DNA of 57,820 bases, from the NCBI GenBank assembly GCA_030605615.1, contig JAUWHZ010000027.1, forward strand, positions 1 to 57,820, written 5' to 3'. Both the position numbers and the translations under genes were made by a program. This stretch comes from Atribacterota bacterium (GTDB taxonomy: Bacteria; Atribacterota; Phoenicimicrobiia; Phoenicimicrobiales; Phoenicimicrobiaceae). Positions 46,964-57,541 of this stretch are shown in pieces. Below the pieces are notes generated by a model. That model had not been told where the DNA came from. It made no database searches and saw nothing but the letters and a program-made list of their open reading frames with translations. Every line of letters begins with the position of its first letter. Position 1 is the first letter of the stretch.

Positions 46964-49147
46964 ATGAAATTAAAATTTAAATGGGAAGATAAAATTTTAA
47001 AACCGCAAAGATGGATAAAGAAAATCAAAAAAAATAGAGAAGTATTTATTATAGTTGGTACGGTTATAATTTTAAATATTATAGTCTGCTTGAGTGAGGT
47101 TTTAGATATTCCCCAATACTTACTCGGTGCACCAAAAACTCCCATTAACTGGCGAGAAGCTCTTTTTTTATCTATTCTAATAACTTCTGTTGGCTCTATT
47201 GCAATTGCTATGATTAGGCACTTTGTTGGCGAACATAAGCAGTCTAAAGAAATCCTTCAGAAATCCGAAGCAAAATACCGTACCACTTTTGAATCAACTG
47301 GAACGGCTACAATAATCATTGAAGAAGATATGACCATATCTATGATTAACTCTCAATGTGAAAAAGTCTTTGGGTATTCTAAAGAAAAAGTAGAAGGCAA
47401 AAAAAGCTGGATTGAATTTGTGGTAAAAGAAGATTTAGAGAGGATGAAAGAATACCATCGCCAGCGCAGAATTAATCCTGATAAGGCACCAGGAAATTAT
47501 GAATTTCGTTTAAGGGATCGATATGGTAAGGTTAAAAATATCTTTCTTACCATTAATATGATTCCAGGGACAAAGCAGAGTGTAGCTTCTTTATTAGATA
47601 TCACCGAGCGCAAACAAAGCGAAAAGTTAAAAGAGGTCTTATATAATATCTCCAAAGCAGCCAACTCCCCCATCTCGCTTGGCCAACTCTACCGAACTAT
47701 CCATAAAGAACTGGGCACTATAATCGATACTACCAATTTCTATATCGCCTTAGTTGATGAAAAAGAAGATAAGGTTTTCTTCCCCTATCATCAAGATGAG
47801 AAGGATAATGATTTCCCCATTCTAAAGATAAGCAGTACCAATACTCTTACTACTTATGTTATAAAAACTGGTAAGTCTCTACTTAATGATAATAATCAAT
47901 ATAAGGAAATGATCGCTCAAGGAATATTAACCCCTATGGGTAGCACCACACCTCAGAGTATCTGGTTAGGAGCCCCCCTAAAGGTAGAAGATAAAATAAT
48001 CGGAGCTATGGTGGTGCAAAGCTACACCAACCCTGAGCTTTATACTGAAAAAGATATCAAACTGATGGAATTCGTCTCCTCCCAGGTAGCTACCGCCATA
48101 GAGCGTAAAAGCTCCGAAGAGAGAATCAAACACCTAAGCTTCCATGATTCTCTAACCGGTCTTTACAACCGGGCTTACTTTGAGGAAGAACTGGAAAGAT
48201 ACAACTTCCCCCGTTACTACCCTTTAAGTATAGTGATGATAGATATCAACGGACTTAAGGTAATAAACGATACCTTCGGCCACTACCAGGGAGATAAGCT
48301 CTTACAACACTTCGCCCAACTTCTTGCTTCCGTCTCCCGCAAAGGAGATGTAATCGCTCGTATAGGAGGAGATGAGTTTGCCCTTCTCCTCCCCTCTACC
48401 ACACCCGAACAGGTCCATAAGTTCTGTGAGAGGATCAAGAAGACCTGTGAGGAAGATACCATTAAACCAATCTACCTAAGACCGAGTATCTCCTTAGGTA
48501 AGGCCACCCAGGAGGGGGAATATCAGGATATAGGTACCCTCTTAAAAGAGGCCGATAACAAGATGTATCAGGATAAGCTCTTCAGTGCAAAAAGTAGAGA
48601 AAAATATCTTCTTGATTCTTTCTGTATGATTCTGGCCGAGCGAGACCCCCATGCCGGAGATCATGCCCAGAGACTCCAGGAGCTGGCCTTATCTTTAGGC
48701 AAAAGGATAGCCCTTTCCGAATACCAGTTAAACAACCTGAAGCTCTTGGCCTTACTTCACGATATCGGTAAGATCGGCATCCCCGATAGCATCCTCTTTA
48801 AGACCTACGACCTTACCCCTTCTGAGTGGAAGAAGATGAAAGAACACCCCAAAATAGGCTACCGTATGGCCAAGAACATTCCTGACTTTACCCCCATCGC
48901 CCGGGAGATCCTCTACCACCATGAAAACTGGGACGGCTCTGGTTATCCGGAGGGTCTAAAAGGAGAGAAGATCCCCTTACTTTCCCGGATCATCACCATC
49001 GCCGATGCCTATGATGTGATGCAGTCCCGTCGTCCATATAAAGGAAAAATAAGTAAAGCCAAGGCCTTACAAGAGATAAAAAGGTGTACCGGGACCCAGT
49101 TTGACCCTCAGCTGGTAGAGATATTCTTGAAGATAGTAAAAACCTGA
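46964..49147 (+). CDS. Membrane-anchored PAS-GAF-GGDEF-HD-GYP c-di-GMP signalling protein
   Basis: DITERK PAS end, GAF, HDSLTGLYNR, RIGGDEF, HDIGK, HHENWDGSGYP. Confidence 0.92.
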   Translation: MKLKFKWEDKILKPQRWIKKIKKNREVFIIVGTVIILNIIVCLSEVLDIPQYLLGAPKTPINWREALFLSILITSVGSIAIAMIRHFVGEHKQSKEILQKSEAKYRTTFESTGTATIIIEEDMTISMINSQCEKVFGYSKEKVEGKKSWIEFVVKEDLERMKEYHRQRRINPDKAPGNYEFRLRDRYGKVKNIFLTINMIPGTKQSVASLLDITERKQSEKLKEVLYNISKAANSPISLGQLYRTIHKELGTIIDTTNFYIALVDEKEDKVFFPYHQDEKDNDFPILKISSTNTLTTYVIKTGKSLLNDNNQYKEMIAQGILTPMGSTTPQSIWLGAPLKVEDKIIGAMVVQSYTNPELYTEKDIKLMEFVSSQVATAIERKSSEERIKHLSFHDSLTGLYNRAYFEEELERYNFPRYYPLSIVMIDINGLKVINDTFGHYQGDKLLQHFAQLLASVSRKGDVIARIGGDEFALLLPSTTPEQVHKFCERIKKTCEEDTIKPIYLRPSISLGKATQEGEYQDIGTLLKEADNKMYQDKLFSAKSREKYLLDSFCMILAERDPHAGDHAQRLQELALSLGKRIALSEYQLNNLKLLALLHDIGKIGIPDSILFKTYDLTPSEWKKMKEHPKIGYRMAKNIPDFTPIAREILYHHENWDGSGYPEGLKGEKIPLLSRIITIADAYDVMQSRRPYKGKISKAKALQEIKRCTGTQFDPQLVEIFLKIVKT

Positions 49148-49310
49148 CAGGATGGTTCTTTGGCGCGTTTTTACAAATTTAAATGCAATAAATTGTATTG
49201 ATTGGCTAATTGCTTAGTTATATAATTAATTAGATTTGTTATAGTCAATCGAATTAAATATAAAAATTTAAGCATTATACATTAATTTAAAATATTGGAG
49301 GTTGTATAGG

Positions 49311-50513
49311 ATGCAGAAAAAGACCATTAAAGATTTGAATAAAGATCAATTAGAAGGCAAAAGAGTATTGGTCAGGGTGGATTTTAATGTTCCCCTAAAC
49401 GAAGAATTAGAAATTACTGATGATACAAGAATAAAAGCAGTTCTTCCCACTATTAAATATTTAGTTTCTCGTAAGGCTAAAGTAGTTTTGATGAGCCACT
49501 TAGGTCGTCCTAAAGGTAAAATAATAGAGAAGTTGAGACTTAATCCTGTTGCCCGGAGATTAACTGAATTATTAGAACAGAAAGTTAAAAAGCTTGATGA
49601 TTGTATAGGTAAAGAAGCAGAAGAAGAAGTTGCGAAATTACAGCCGGGTGAAGTAGTACTCTTAGAAAATTTAAGATTTCATCCCGAAGAGGAAAAGAAC
49701 GACCCAAAATTTTCTAAAGCATTGGCTAATTTAGCCGATATTTTTGTGAATGATGCCTTTGGTACTGCCCATCGAGCCCATGCTTCTACAGTGGGGGTAG
49801 CCAGGATATTGCCATCATATGCTGGATTTTTAATGGCCAAAGAGGTAGAGGTATTGAGCAATTTATTAGAGAATCCCGAAAGACCTTTTGTAGTCCTATT
49901 AGGGGGAGCAAAAATATCCGGGAAAATTGAAATTGTTCAGAATTTATTAAATATAGCGGATAAAATTTTAATTGCCGGAGGGATGAGTTATACCTGTTTG
50001 GCCGCTCTGGGGTATGAGGTAGGCAAATCCTTATTAGAGGAATATGATTTAAGAGTAGTTTATAAAATGTTAAAAGAAGCAGAAGAGAAAGGGAATAAGA
50101 TACTTTTACCTATTGATTTAGTAGTGGCAAGAAAAGAGGTATCAGAAAAGGCAGTGAGTAAATTGGTAAGAGTCGAGAATATTCCCAAAGATGGCATAGG
50201 AGTGGATTTGGGCGAAGAATCTTTAGAGAGATTTAAGAAAGAATTAAAAAAAGCAAAAACCATATTTTGGAATGGACCAGTAGGAGTATTTGAAATAGAG
50301 AAATTCGCTAAAGGGACTAATAGAATAGCAAGATGTTTAGCTGATATGGAAGACAAGGCAACCACTGTTATTGGCGGAGGAGACTCAATTGCAGCAATTG
50401 ATAAGGTAGGAGTTGCAGAAAAAATAACTCATATTTCTACCGGTGGTGGAGCTTCTTTAGAATTTTTAGGCGGAAAAAAACTTCCTGGTATAGAAATTTT
50501 ACCAGAAGAATAA
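49311..50513 (+). CDS. pgk: Phosphoglycerate kinase
   Basis: RVDFNVP, SHLGRP, NDAFGTAHRAHAS, WNGPVG, STGGGASLE; start 49302 or 49311. Confidence 0.97.
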   Translation: MQKKTIKDLNKDQLEGKRVLVRVDFNVPLNEELEITDDTRIKAVLPTIKYLVSRKAKVVLMSHLGRPKGKIIEKLRLNPVARRLTELLEQKVKKLDDCIGKEAEEEVAKLQPGEVVLLENLRFHPEEEKNDPKFSKALANLADIFVNDAFGTAHRAHASTVGVARILPSYAGFLMAKEVEVLSNLLENPERPFVVLLGGAKISGKIEIVQNLLNIADKILIAGGMSYTCLAALGYEVGKSLLEEYDLRVVYKMLKEAEEKGNKILLPIDLVVARKEVSEKAVSKLVRVENIPKDGIGVDLGEESLERFKKELKKAKTIFWNGPVGVFEIEKFAKGTNRIARCLADMEDKATTVIGGGDSIAAIDKVGVAEKITHISTGGGASLEFLGGKKLPGIEILPEE

Positions 50514-50553
50514 AAGTGAATCTGAATCAGGGGATGGTTTTTTGGTTCATTTT

Positions 50554-51075
50554 TTAAGAACTATTCCCTGATTTATTAAGAAATAAATTTTGAACTTTTT
50601 GGGTCATTCTCTCCCAGTGAGTTCCTTTCCAGTAATATTTTTTACAAGAAGGGCAATAAACAAATTCGTTTTGAGTTAAAAAGACATAAGGCGGAACATA
50701 ACCCTCGACTTTTATTTTATCTATCTTTATAGTAGGAGTATTACATAACGAACAACGAGAAAATATTTTTGACTTAAAATCAATTTTAATTTTTAACCCC
50801 TTTATCACCTCAGATAATTGCTCTTCCCATCGATTACCTTTAATAAATAAAAAGTCGCAGATATTCCGTCTTTTTATAAGATTAGTATCTCTGGTCAGCA
50901 ATATTCTATTTTCTTGCCGGGCAGTAAGAATAAGAGTTAAATCTTCATCGGCAATAGGGTAAGTGGTATTATAACCTAAAATACGCAACCACTTAGCTAA
51001 TTTACCCAGCATTTTATCAGCTAAAAATTTTATTTCTTCTTCTTTACCATTGTTAGTATTAGTATCTTGTATCAT
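50554..51075 (-). CDS. Mut7-C RNase domain protein (DUF82)
   Basis: ADKMLGKLAKWLRILGY, LLTRD, RCSLCN, CPSCKKYYWKGTH. Confidence 0.9.
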   Translation of the reverse strand: MIQDTNTNNGKEEEIKFLADKMLGKLAKWLRILGYNTTYPIADEDLTLILTARQENRILLTRDTNLIKRRNICDFLFIKGNRWEEQLSEVIKGLKIKIDFKSKIFSRCSLCNTPTIKIDKIKVEGYVPPYVFLTQNEFVYCPSCKKYYWKGTHWERMTQKVQNLFLNKSGNSS

Positions 51076-51234
51076 TTTTCACAAATAAATTCCTTCAATG
51101 AATAAAAAATAATGTTTTTATATTTAAATAATCGACTCACTGGTTTTTCTAATCTTTATTTCAAAATTATTATATCATGTTACTATTAAAAATTATACAA
51201 TCACACTATATACTGTGATTAAATTTGAGTTAAC

Positions 51235-51288
51235 TTGACAATTTAATCAGGTAGTTGTATTATTATTATACCCCCATAGGGTATAATA
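51235..51288 (+). promoter_or_regulatory. Sigma70 promoter with CsoR/RcnR-type operator
   Basis: TTGACA-17-TATTAT then tattataCCCCCataGGGtataata (51264-51288). Confidence 0.8.
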
Positions 51289-51313
51289 AATATAGGAATA
51301 AATTGTTTCTGTT

Positions 51314-51598
51314 ATGAATAATTCACAATTCAATCAATTAGAAAAAATAAAAATATTAAGTCGATTAAAAAGGATAGAAGGACAGATCAGGGGCATACAA
51401 GGGATGATTATTGAAGAAAGATCTTGTTCAGACATTATGGTTCAAATTGCTGCAGTTAAATCAGCTCTTAATCAAGTGAGTAAAATGCTTTTAGAGAATC
51501 ATGTCAATTCCTGGTTTAATTCATCACTTGATTCTGAGGATATCCCTCAGGATATGATTACCGAAATAATGGATTTAATATTAAAGTTTGTAAGATAA
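51314..51598 (+). CDS. CsoR/RcnR-family transcriptional repressor
   Basis: RLKRIEGQIRGI, CSDIMVQIAAVKSAL, LENH. Confidence 0.9.
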   Translation: MNNSQFNQLEKIKILSRLKRIEGQIRGIQGMIIEERSCSDIMVQIAAVKSALNQVSKMLLENHVNSWFNSSLDSEDIPQDMITEIMDLILKFVR

Positions 51599-51632
51599 GA
51601 AATAATAACTAAATTGAGTAAATACAGAATTA

Positions 51633-51664
51633 AGAAGTCAGAAGTCAGAAGTCAGAAGTCAGAA
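51633..51664. repeat. Tandem heptamer (agaagtc)x4
   Basis: agaagtcagaagtcagaagtcagaagtcagaa. Confidence 0.9.
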
Positions 51665-51723
51665 TAAAATAATAAAATAATATAAAGAACAATTATTCCC
51701 TGAATCGGCGAGTTATGTGTCAA

Positions 51724-51753
51724 TTGACAATTATTTATAGAATAAATTATAAT
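51724..51753 (+). promoter_or_regulatory. Sigma70 promoter for mcsA operon
   Basis: TTGACA-18-TATAAT; -35 lies inside palindrome tgtcaattgaca. Confidence 0.65.
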
Positions 51754-51821
51754 TTATGTGAAATCAGATTTATAGTGATATTAAAGAAAGAATAAAAATT
51801 GTTGGAGGAAAACCAATTATA

Positions 51822-52343
51822 ATGTTATGTCAAATTTGTAAGAAAAAAGAAGCCACTATTACTATTGCTAAAGTTGTTGGTGAACAGAAGACTGAGTTTC
51901 ATCTTTGTAAAGACTGTGCTGCTGTTTTTAGCGATAAAATTTCTATATTTCCTCTCCCTCAATTTAATATTAATGATTTGTTAGCCGGATTATTAAAAGC
52001 CATTGACCTTTATAACAAAGAGGAAGGAATTGTCCCAGCTAAAGAGATAAAATGTAAAAATTGTGGTTTAACCTATGAAGAATTTAAACAATCTGGAAAG
52101 TTAGGTTGTAGTGTGTGCTATCACGATTTTAGAGACCAATTAACCCCTCTTCTTAGAAGATTATATGGTAGCAGTGAACATATAGGTAAGATCCCTCGCC
52201 GGGCTAGGGGCAAGTTAAATAAAATTAAGAAAATTAAGCAGCTCAGAAAGGAATTACGGGAAGTAGTGATAAAGGAAGAGTACGAGAAAGCCGCGAAGAT
52301 AAGAGATGAGATATTAAAACTTGAAGGAGTGCTAAAGAAATAA
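51822..52343 (+). CDS. mcsA: McsA (CxxC motifs + UVR domain)
   Basis: CQIC, CKDC, CKNC, GCSVC, EEYEKAAKIRDEI. Confidence 0.93.
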   Translation: MLCQICKKKEATITIAKVVGEQKTEFHLCKDCAAVFSDKISIFPLPQFNINDLLAGLLKAIDLYNKEEGIVPAKEIKCKNCGLTYEEFKQSGKLGCSVCYHDFRDQLTPLLRRLYGSSEHIGKIPRRARGKLNKIKKIKQLRKELREVVIKEEYEKAAKIRDEILKLEGVLKK

Positions 52344-52344
52344 A

Positions 52345-53439
52345 ATGCAAAATAATAGAAAAGAGACACTATTACAGAATTTGAAAAAATCTACTGCTGA
52401 ATGGACTAGTGGACAAGGGTCCCTATCTGATATAGTAATAAGCTCTCGAATTAGATTAGCTCGAAATATGGAAGGCATTCCTTTTCCATCCCGAGCTGAT
52501 AAAGCAGAACTAAAGAATATATTTGAATTGAGCAAACAGGTTGTAGATAAAAGTTCTCTTTTTAGAGATTCTAATCTACTTTTATTAGATGAACTGAGCT
52601 CTTTAGAAAATCAATTTTTAGTGGAAAAACATCTAATAAGTATTTACCATGCTCGAGAGAAGCATCTCTATAGAGGGTGTGTTTTTAATCAAAAAGAGAC
52701 TTTAAGCATAATGATTAACGAAGAAGACCATTTTCGAATCCAATACCTACTTTCAGGGTTACAGTTGAATAAAATATGGGAATTCATTAATCAAATTGAT
52801 GATGAAATTGGGAAAAAGGTTACCTATGCCTTCAGCGAGAAAGAAGGATACTTAACCTCCTGTCCAACCAACGTAGGAACTGGATTGAGGGCTTCAGTGA
52901 TGTTGCATTTACCGGCCTTAGTAATGGTAAATAGGGTAAATGATGTATTAAAAGCGATATCCAAAATAGGTTATGTAGTAAGAGGATTTTATGGTGAAGG
53001 AACTGAAGTGATGGGAAATCTTTTTCAGGTTTCCAATCAGATTACTTTAGGTCTATCTGAAGAGGAGATTATCGACAATTTAGAAAAGGTTAATCAACAA
53101 ATAATAAGCCAGGAGCAGAAGATGAGAAAAAATTTATTATCTGAATCCAAAAGTCAGCTGGAAGATCAGGTTTGGAGGGCTTATGGTATCTTGAGTAATG
53201 CTCGAATTATATCTTCAGCGGAGACAATGAAGCTTTTATCTAAATTGAGGTTTGGAGTAGAATTAGGAATAATCTCGTATCCTGGCCTGGGAACTATAAA
53301 TAAATTGATGTTGTTGATTCAACCTGCTTATTTACAAATCTTATCAGGTAAAGAGTTAAGTCCTTATGACCGAGACTTGCAAAGGGCAATATTAATTAGA
53401 AATAAAATTACCTATTCAAGAGAAAGGATGTGTATATAA
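52345..53439 (+). CDS. mcsB: Protein arginine kinase McsB
   Basis: [33 protein letters not shown]. Confidence 0.95.
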   Translation: MQNNRKETLLQNLKKSTAEWTSGQGSLSDIVISSRIRLARNMEGIPFPSRADKAELKNIFELSKQVVDKSSLFRDSNLLLLDELSSLENQFLVEKHLISIYHAREKHLYRGCVFNQKETLSIMINEEDHFRIQYLLSGLQLNKIWEFINQIDDEIGKKVTYAFSEKEGYLTSCPTNVGTGLRASVMLHLPALVMVNRVNDVLKAISKIGYVVRGFYGEGTEVMGNLFQVSNQITLGLSEEEIIDNLEKVNQQIISQEQKMRKNLLSESKSQLEDQVWRAYGILSNARIISSAETMKLLSKLRFGVELGIISYPGLGTINKLMLLIQPAYLQILSGKELSPYDRDLQRAILIRNKITYSRERMCI

Positions 53440-55877
53440 TGTTTAAAAGGTACACTGAAAAAGCAAAGAAGGCTATAATGATAGCTCAAGAAGAAGCGAT
53501 AAATTTTAATCATGATTATATAGGAACTGAACATATTCTTATTGGTTTAGTAAAAGAAGAAGATGAAGTTGCGTCTCAGGTTTTAAAAGAATTAGGGGTG
53601 GATGCTGATAAGGTTGTAGAAGAGGTAGAAAGACTGGTGGGAAGAGGTGAATATCAGCAGGTAAGCGAGATTGCCTTCACTCCCCGGGCTAAAAAAGTTT
53701 TAGAATTAGCCTCCCAAGAAGCGAGCCAATTGAAACACAATTATATTGGTACAGAGCATATATTATTAGGTTTAATTAAAGAAGGAAGTGGAGTAGCGAT
53801 TAGAATTTTAGCAGATTTGGGCGTTAATCCAGATAATGTTTACACAGAAGTTATGAAAATTCTAATGAAAAGTGAAGCTCAAAGTTTTCCCTCTGCTGCA
53901 GGGAAAAGATTAACTAAAACCCCCGCTTTAGATGAATTTGGGAGAGATTTAACCAAATTAGCCAGAGAGGATAAATTAGACCCGGTTATTGGTAGAGGCA
54001 TGGAAATTCAAAGAGTAATGCAAATTTTAAGCAGAAGAAAGAAAAATAATCCCTGTATAATAGGAGAAGCTGGTGTAGGGAAAACAGCTATTGTGGAGGG
54101 TTTAGCACAAAAGATAGATAATAATGATGTTCCGGAGATATTAAAAAATAAAAGAATTGTTTGTCTTGATTTGGCTTTAATTGTGGCTGGTACTAAGTAT
54201 CGAGGCGAATTTGAAAAGAGATTGAAGAAAATTGTTAAAGAAGTTCAGGATTCAAATGAGATCATACTATTTATCGACGAGATTCATACCTTAGTAGGCG
54301 CAGGAGCAGCGGAAGGGGCGATCGATGCTTCTAATATATTAAAACCCGCCTTGGCGCGAGGAGAACTACAAGTTATTGGCGCAACTACTGCTGATGAATA
54401 TCGAAAGTATATCGAAAAAGATGCTGCCCTAGAACGAAGATTTCAGCCAATTAATATTTCTGAACCTTCAATAGAAGAGACTATTAAAATCTTGCAAGGA
54501 CTTAGAGATAAATATGAAGCTCATCATAAGATAAAAATAACTGACCAGGCTTTAGAGGCAGCAGCTCGTCTGTCCGCCCGATATGTTTCTGGTAGGTTTT
54601 TACCGGATAAGGCTATTGATTTGATAGATGAAGCAGCTTCCCGGATTAAATTGCAAAACACTATTTCTCCTCCAGATGTAAAAGAAATGGAAGAACAGTT
54701 GAATCGAGTAAGAAAAGAAAAAGAATCAGCAGTAAAGTTGCAACAGTTTGAAAAGGCAGCTCAATTAAGAGATAAAGAAAAGAAGTTAGAGGCTGAACTT
54801 CAAAAAGTAAAAGAGAAATGGGAAACAGGTAAGAGGATTAACAAAGTGGAAGTTACTGAAGAGGATATTGCCGAAATTGTATCCAGTTGGACCGGCATCC
54901 CTGTTTTTTCATTGAAAGAAGAAGAAGCGCAAAAGTTACTCCGCATGGAGGAAGAGTTACACAAAAGGATAATTGGACAGGATGAAGCTATAATATCTAT
55001 TTCAAGAGCAATAAGAAGAGCCCGAGCTGGCGTGAAAAATCCCAAACGTCCCATTGGTTCTTTTATCTTCTTAGGACCAACTGGAGTAGGCAAGACGGAA
55101 TTGGCCCGCAGTTTAGCAGAATTTCTTTTTGGTGATGAAAATGCTATGTTAAGTTTAGATATGTCTGAATATATGGAAAAATTTGCTGTTTCCAGATTGG
55201 TTGGGGCCCCTCCAGGGTATGTGGGATATGAGGAAGGGGGTCAATTGACTGAAAAGGTTAGGAGAAAACCTTATTCGGTAGTATTGTTAGATGAAATAGA
55301 AAAAGCTCATCCAGATGTTTTTAATATATTATTACAGATCTTTGAAGATGGTAGATTAACTGACTCACAGGGAAGAGTGGTAGATTTTAAAAATACAGTA
55401 ATAATTATGACTTCCAATGTAGGAGCTACCTTAATTAAAAAAGGAGCTACTTTAGGATTTAGAGGGACTAATGAGCCCGAAGAAATCTCTTATAAAGAAA
55501 TAAAAGAAAAAGTAACGGGAGAGTTGAATAAAACGTTCCGACCAGAATTTTTAAATCGAATTGATGAGATAATAGTTTTCAAATCTCTTAACAGAGAGGA
55601 GATTAAGAAAATAGCTGATTTAATGTTGAAGGAAGTGAAAAAACTATTAGAAGAGCAAAAAGTTGACCTTGAAGCAACAGAAAAGGCTAAAGAACTATTA
55701 GCTAAAGCGGGTTATGATCCCAATTTTGGAGCTCGCCCATTAAGGCGGATTATCGAAAAATTAATTGAAACTCCTATTTCCGAAAAAATATTAGCTGGTA
55801 AGTTTAAGGAAGGAGATTGTATATTAATCGAAGTAAAAGATAGGAAAATAGTATTTTCTAAAAAAGGAAAAAAATAA
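53439..55877 (+). CDS. clpC: ATP-dependent Clp protease ATPase ClpC
   Basis: Clp N repeats, [26 protein letters not shown]; TAATG coupling to mcsB. Confidence 0.96.
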   Translation: MFKRYTEKAKKAIMIAQEEAINFNHDYIGTEHILIGLVKEEDEVASQVLKELGVDADKVVEEVERLVGRGEYQQVSEIAFTPRAKKVLELASQEASQLKHNYIGTEHILLGLIKEGSGVAIRILADLGVNPDNVYTEVMKILMKSEAQSFPSAAGKRLTKTPALDEFGRDLTKLAREDKLDPVIGRGMEIQRVMQILSRRKKNNPCIIGEAGVGKTAIVEGLAQKIDNNDVPEILKNKRIVCLDLALIVAGTKYRGEFEKRLKKIVKEVQDSNEIILFIDEIHTLVGAGAAEGAIDASNILKPALARGELQVIGATTADEYRKYIEKDAALERRFQPINISEPSIEETIKILQGLRDKYEAHHKIKITDQALEAAARLSARYVSGRFLPDKAIDLIDEAASRIKLQNTISPPDVKEMEEQLNRVRKEKESAVKLQQFEKAAQLRDKEKKLEAELQKVKEKWETGKRINKVEVTEEDIAEIVSSWTGIPVFSLKEEEAQKLLRMEEELHKRIIGQDEAIISISRAIRRARAGVKNPKRPIGSFIFLGPTGVGKTELARSLAEFLFGDENAMLSLDMSEYMEKFAVSRLVGAPPGYVGYEEGGQLTEKVRRKPYSVVLLDEIEKAHPDVFNILLQIFEDGRLTDSQGRVVDFKNTVIIMTSNVGATLIKKGATLGFRGTNEPEEISYKEIKEKVTGELNKTFRPEFLNRIDEIIVFKSLNREEIKKIADLMLKEVKKLLEEQKVDLEATEKAKELLAKAGYDPNFGARPLRRIIEKLIETPISEKILAGKFKEGDCILIEVKDRKIVFSKKGKK

Positions 55878-55899
55878 AAATTAAGACAAAGAGGTTAAA

Positions 55900-57273
55900 A
55901 TGGCCAGAGGAGAAAAATCTATTTTTCGTTGTCAACAATGTGGTTATGAATCTTTCCGATGGTTGGGGCGTTGTCCTGATTGTGGAGGATGGAATGCTCT
56001 GATTGAGGAAGCATTCAAAGAAGAGAAAAAATATTCCCTTCATCCAGAAGGACATTCTACACCTTTACCTATTAGTAAGATAGAGATAGAGGAAAGTAAA
56101 GCGAGATATAAAGCGGGGATTTCGGAGTTTGATAGAGTATTAGGAGGAGGAATTGTCCCTGGTTCTCTAATTTTAGTTGGGGGAGAACCAGGTATTGGAA
56201 AGTCTACCCTTCTTTTACAAATAGCTAATGTTTTAAGCAGTAACTATGGGATAATTTTATACATTTCTGCTGAAGAATCGCTTTTTCAGATTAAATTAAG
56301 GGCCAGTCGATTAGGTGCCCTGGCAGAAAAACTTTTTTTAGTTTCTGAAACTGATATAGAAGTGATAAAAAAGCATATCAGTGAGATTAAGCCAAAAGTG
56401 GTTATAATAGATTCCATTCAAGCAATTAATGATTGCGAGATTACTTCAGCACCAGGAAGTATTAGTCAGGTAAGAGAATGTACTGCTCAAATAATGCGCT
56501 TAGCTAAGAGTAAAGAAATTTCCGTCTTTATTATCGGTCATGTAACTAAAGGAGGGATGCTGGCTGGGCCTAAAGTTCTTGAGCATATTGTAGATACCGT
56601 TTTATATCTGGAAGGCGAACAATATAATATTTATCGTATACTTCGTTCGACAAAGAATAGATTTGGCTCTACTAATGAATTGGGGATATTTAAAATGGGA
56701 GAAAAAGGTCTGGTTGAAGTTTTAAATCCATCTGAATTACTTCTTTCAGAAAAACCTTCTCATGTTTCTGGCTCAGTAGTAGCAGCTACTTTTGAAGGGA
56801 GTAGACCAATATTAGTGGAAATACAAGCTTTGGTAAGTTATAGCAACCTGGGCATCTCCCGAAGAATGACTACCGGGGTAGATTATAATCGAGTTCTACT
56901 TATCTTAGCAGTACTCGAAAAAAGGGTGGGATACTCTTTACATTCTCAAGATGTTCATGTAAATGTTGCAGGGGGAATAAGGGTATTAGAGCCTGCTTTA
57001 GATTTGGCAATTATAATGGCCATAGCTTCCAGTTTTAAAGACATTCCTATTGATCCAAATACAGCTGTACTTGGAGAAGTGGGGTTGGCAGGAGAAATTA
57101 GAATGGTAAATCAAGCAGAAAAACGGATACAGGAAGTATTAAAAATGGGTTTTAAGAGATGCATTATTCCTCAGGGTAATTTAAAGACTCTTAATAATTA
57201 TTTATCAAAAGAAGAGTTGGAAATTATCGGGGTAAAGACAGTTCAAGAGGCTATCAATCTGGTCTTGAATTAG
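55900..57273 (+). CDS. radA: DNA repair protein RadA/Sms
   Basis: CQQC…CPDC, GEPGIGKST, KNRFG. Confidence 0.97.
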   Translation: MARGEKSIFRCQQCGYESFRWLGRCPDCGGWNALIEEAFKEEKKYSLHPEGHSTPLPISKIEIEESKARYKAGISEFDRVLGGGIVPGSLILVGGEPGIGKSTLLLQIANVLSSNYGIILYISAEESLFQIKLRASRLGALAEKLFLVSETDIEVIKKHISEIKPKVVIIDSIQAINDCEITSAPGSISQVRECTAQIMRLAKSKEISVFIIGHVTKGGMLAGPKVLEHIVDTVLYLEGEQYNIYRILRSTKNRFGSTNELGIFKMGEKGLVEVLNPSELLLSEKPSHVSGSVVAATFEGSRPILVEIQALVSYSNLGISRRMTTGVDYNRVLLILAVLEKRVGYSLHSQDVHVNVAGGIRVLEPALDLAIIMAIASSFKDIPIDPNTAVLGEVGLAGEIRMVNQAEKRIQEVLKMGFKRCIIPQGNLKTLNNYLSKEELEIIGVKTVQEAINLVLN

Positions 57274-57510
57274 TCGTTAGTCGTTAGTGAATAGTATATA
57301 GTAAAGAAAAGAGAAGGTAGAAGCCTAATTCGTATCTCGCATTCTAGCGGATAGCGTTTAGCGTAGAGCGGATAGAATAATTAGTATATAGTAAAGAAGA
57401 AAGAGAAAAGAAGAATTAAGAATCTAGGAGTCAGAAGCCAGAGGTAAGGGCAGATCTTGTGTTTGCCCATAGAATAAAAAGAGCAGGCTCCGTGAAAGCA
57501 GAAAGCAGGA
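57271..57510. repeat. Heptamer mosaic with degenerate GTAG-type REP (57444-57468)
   Basis: tagtcgt x2, blocks shared with 28293-28372, gaaagca x2, gtaa-gggcaga…tttgccc. Confidence 0.8.
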
Positions 57511-57541
57511 ATCTATTAAAAATAAAATGTCATTGCGAACA

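Noticed and set aside
46964-49147. Diversity-generating retroelement target
   Set aside because: No reverse transcriptase and no TR/VR pair seen in the window
51633-51664. (agaagtc)n as a CtsR box upstream of mcsA
   Set aside because: CtsR heptads (RGTCAAA) have a 3-nt spacer; this is an unspaced 7-mer of the window-wide repeat family
877-56055. Numerous 60-140 aa ORFs antisense to or nested in long genes
   Set aside because: Shadow ORFs of well-supported genes, no recognisable motifs
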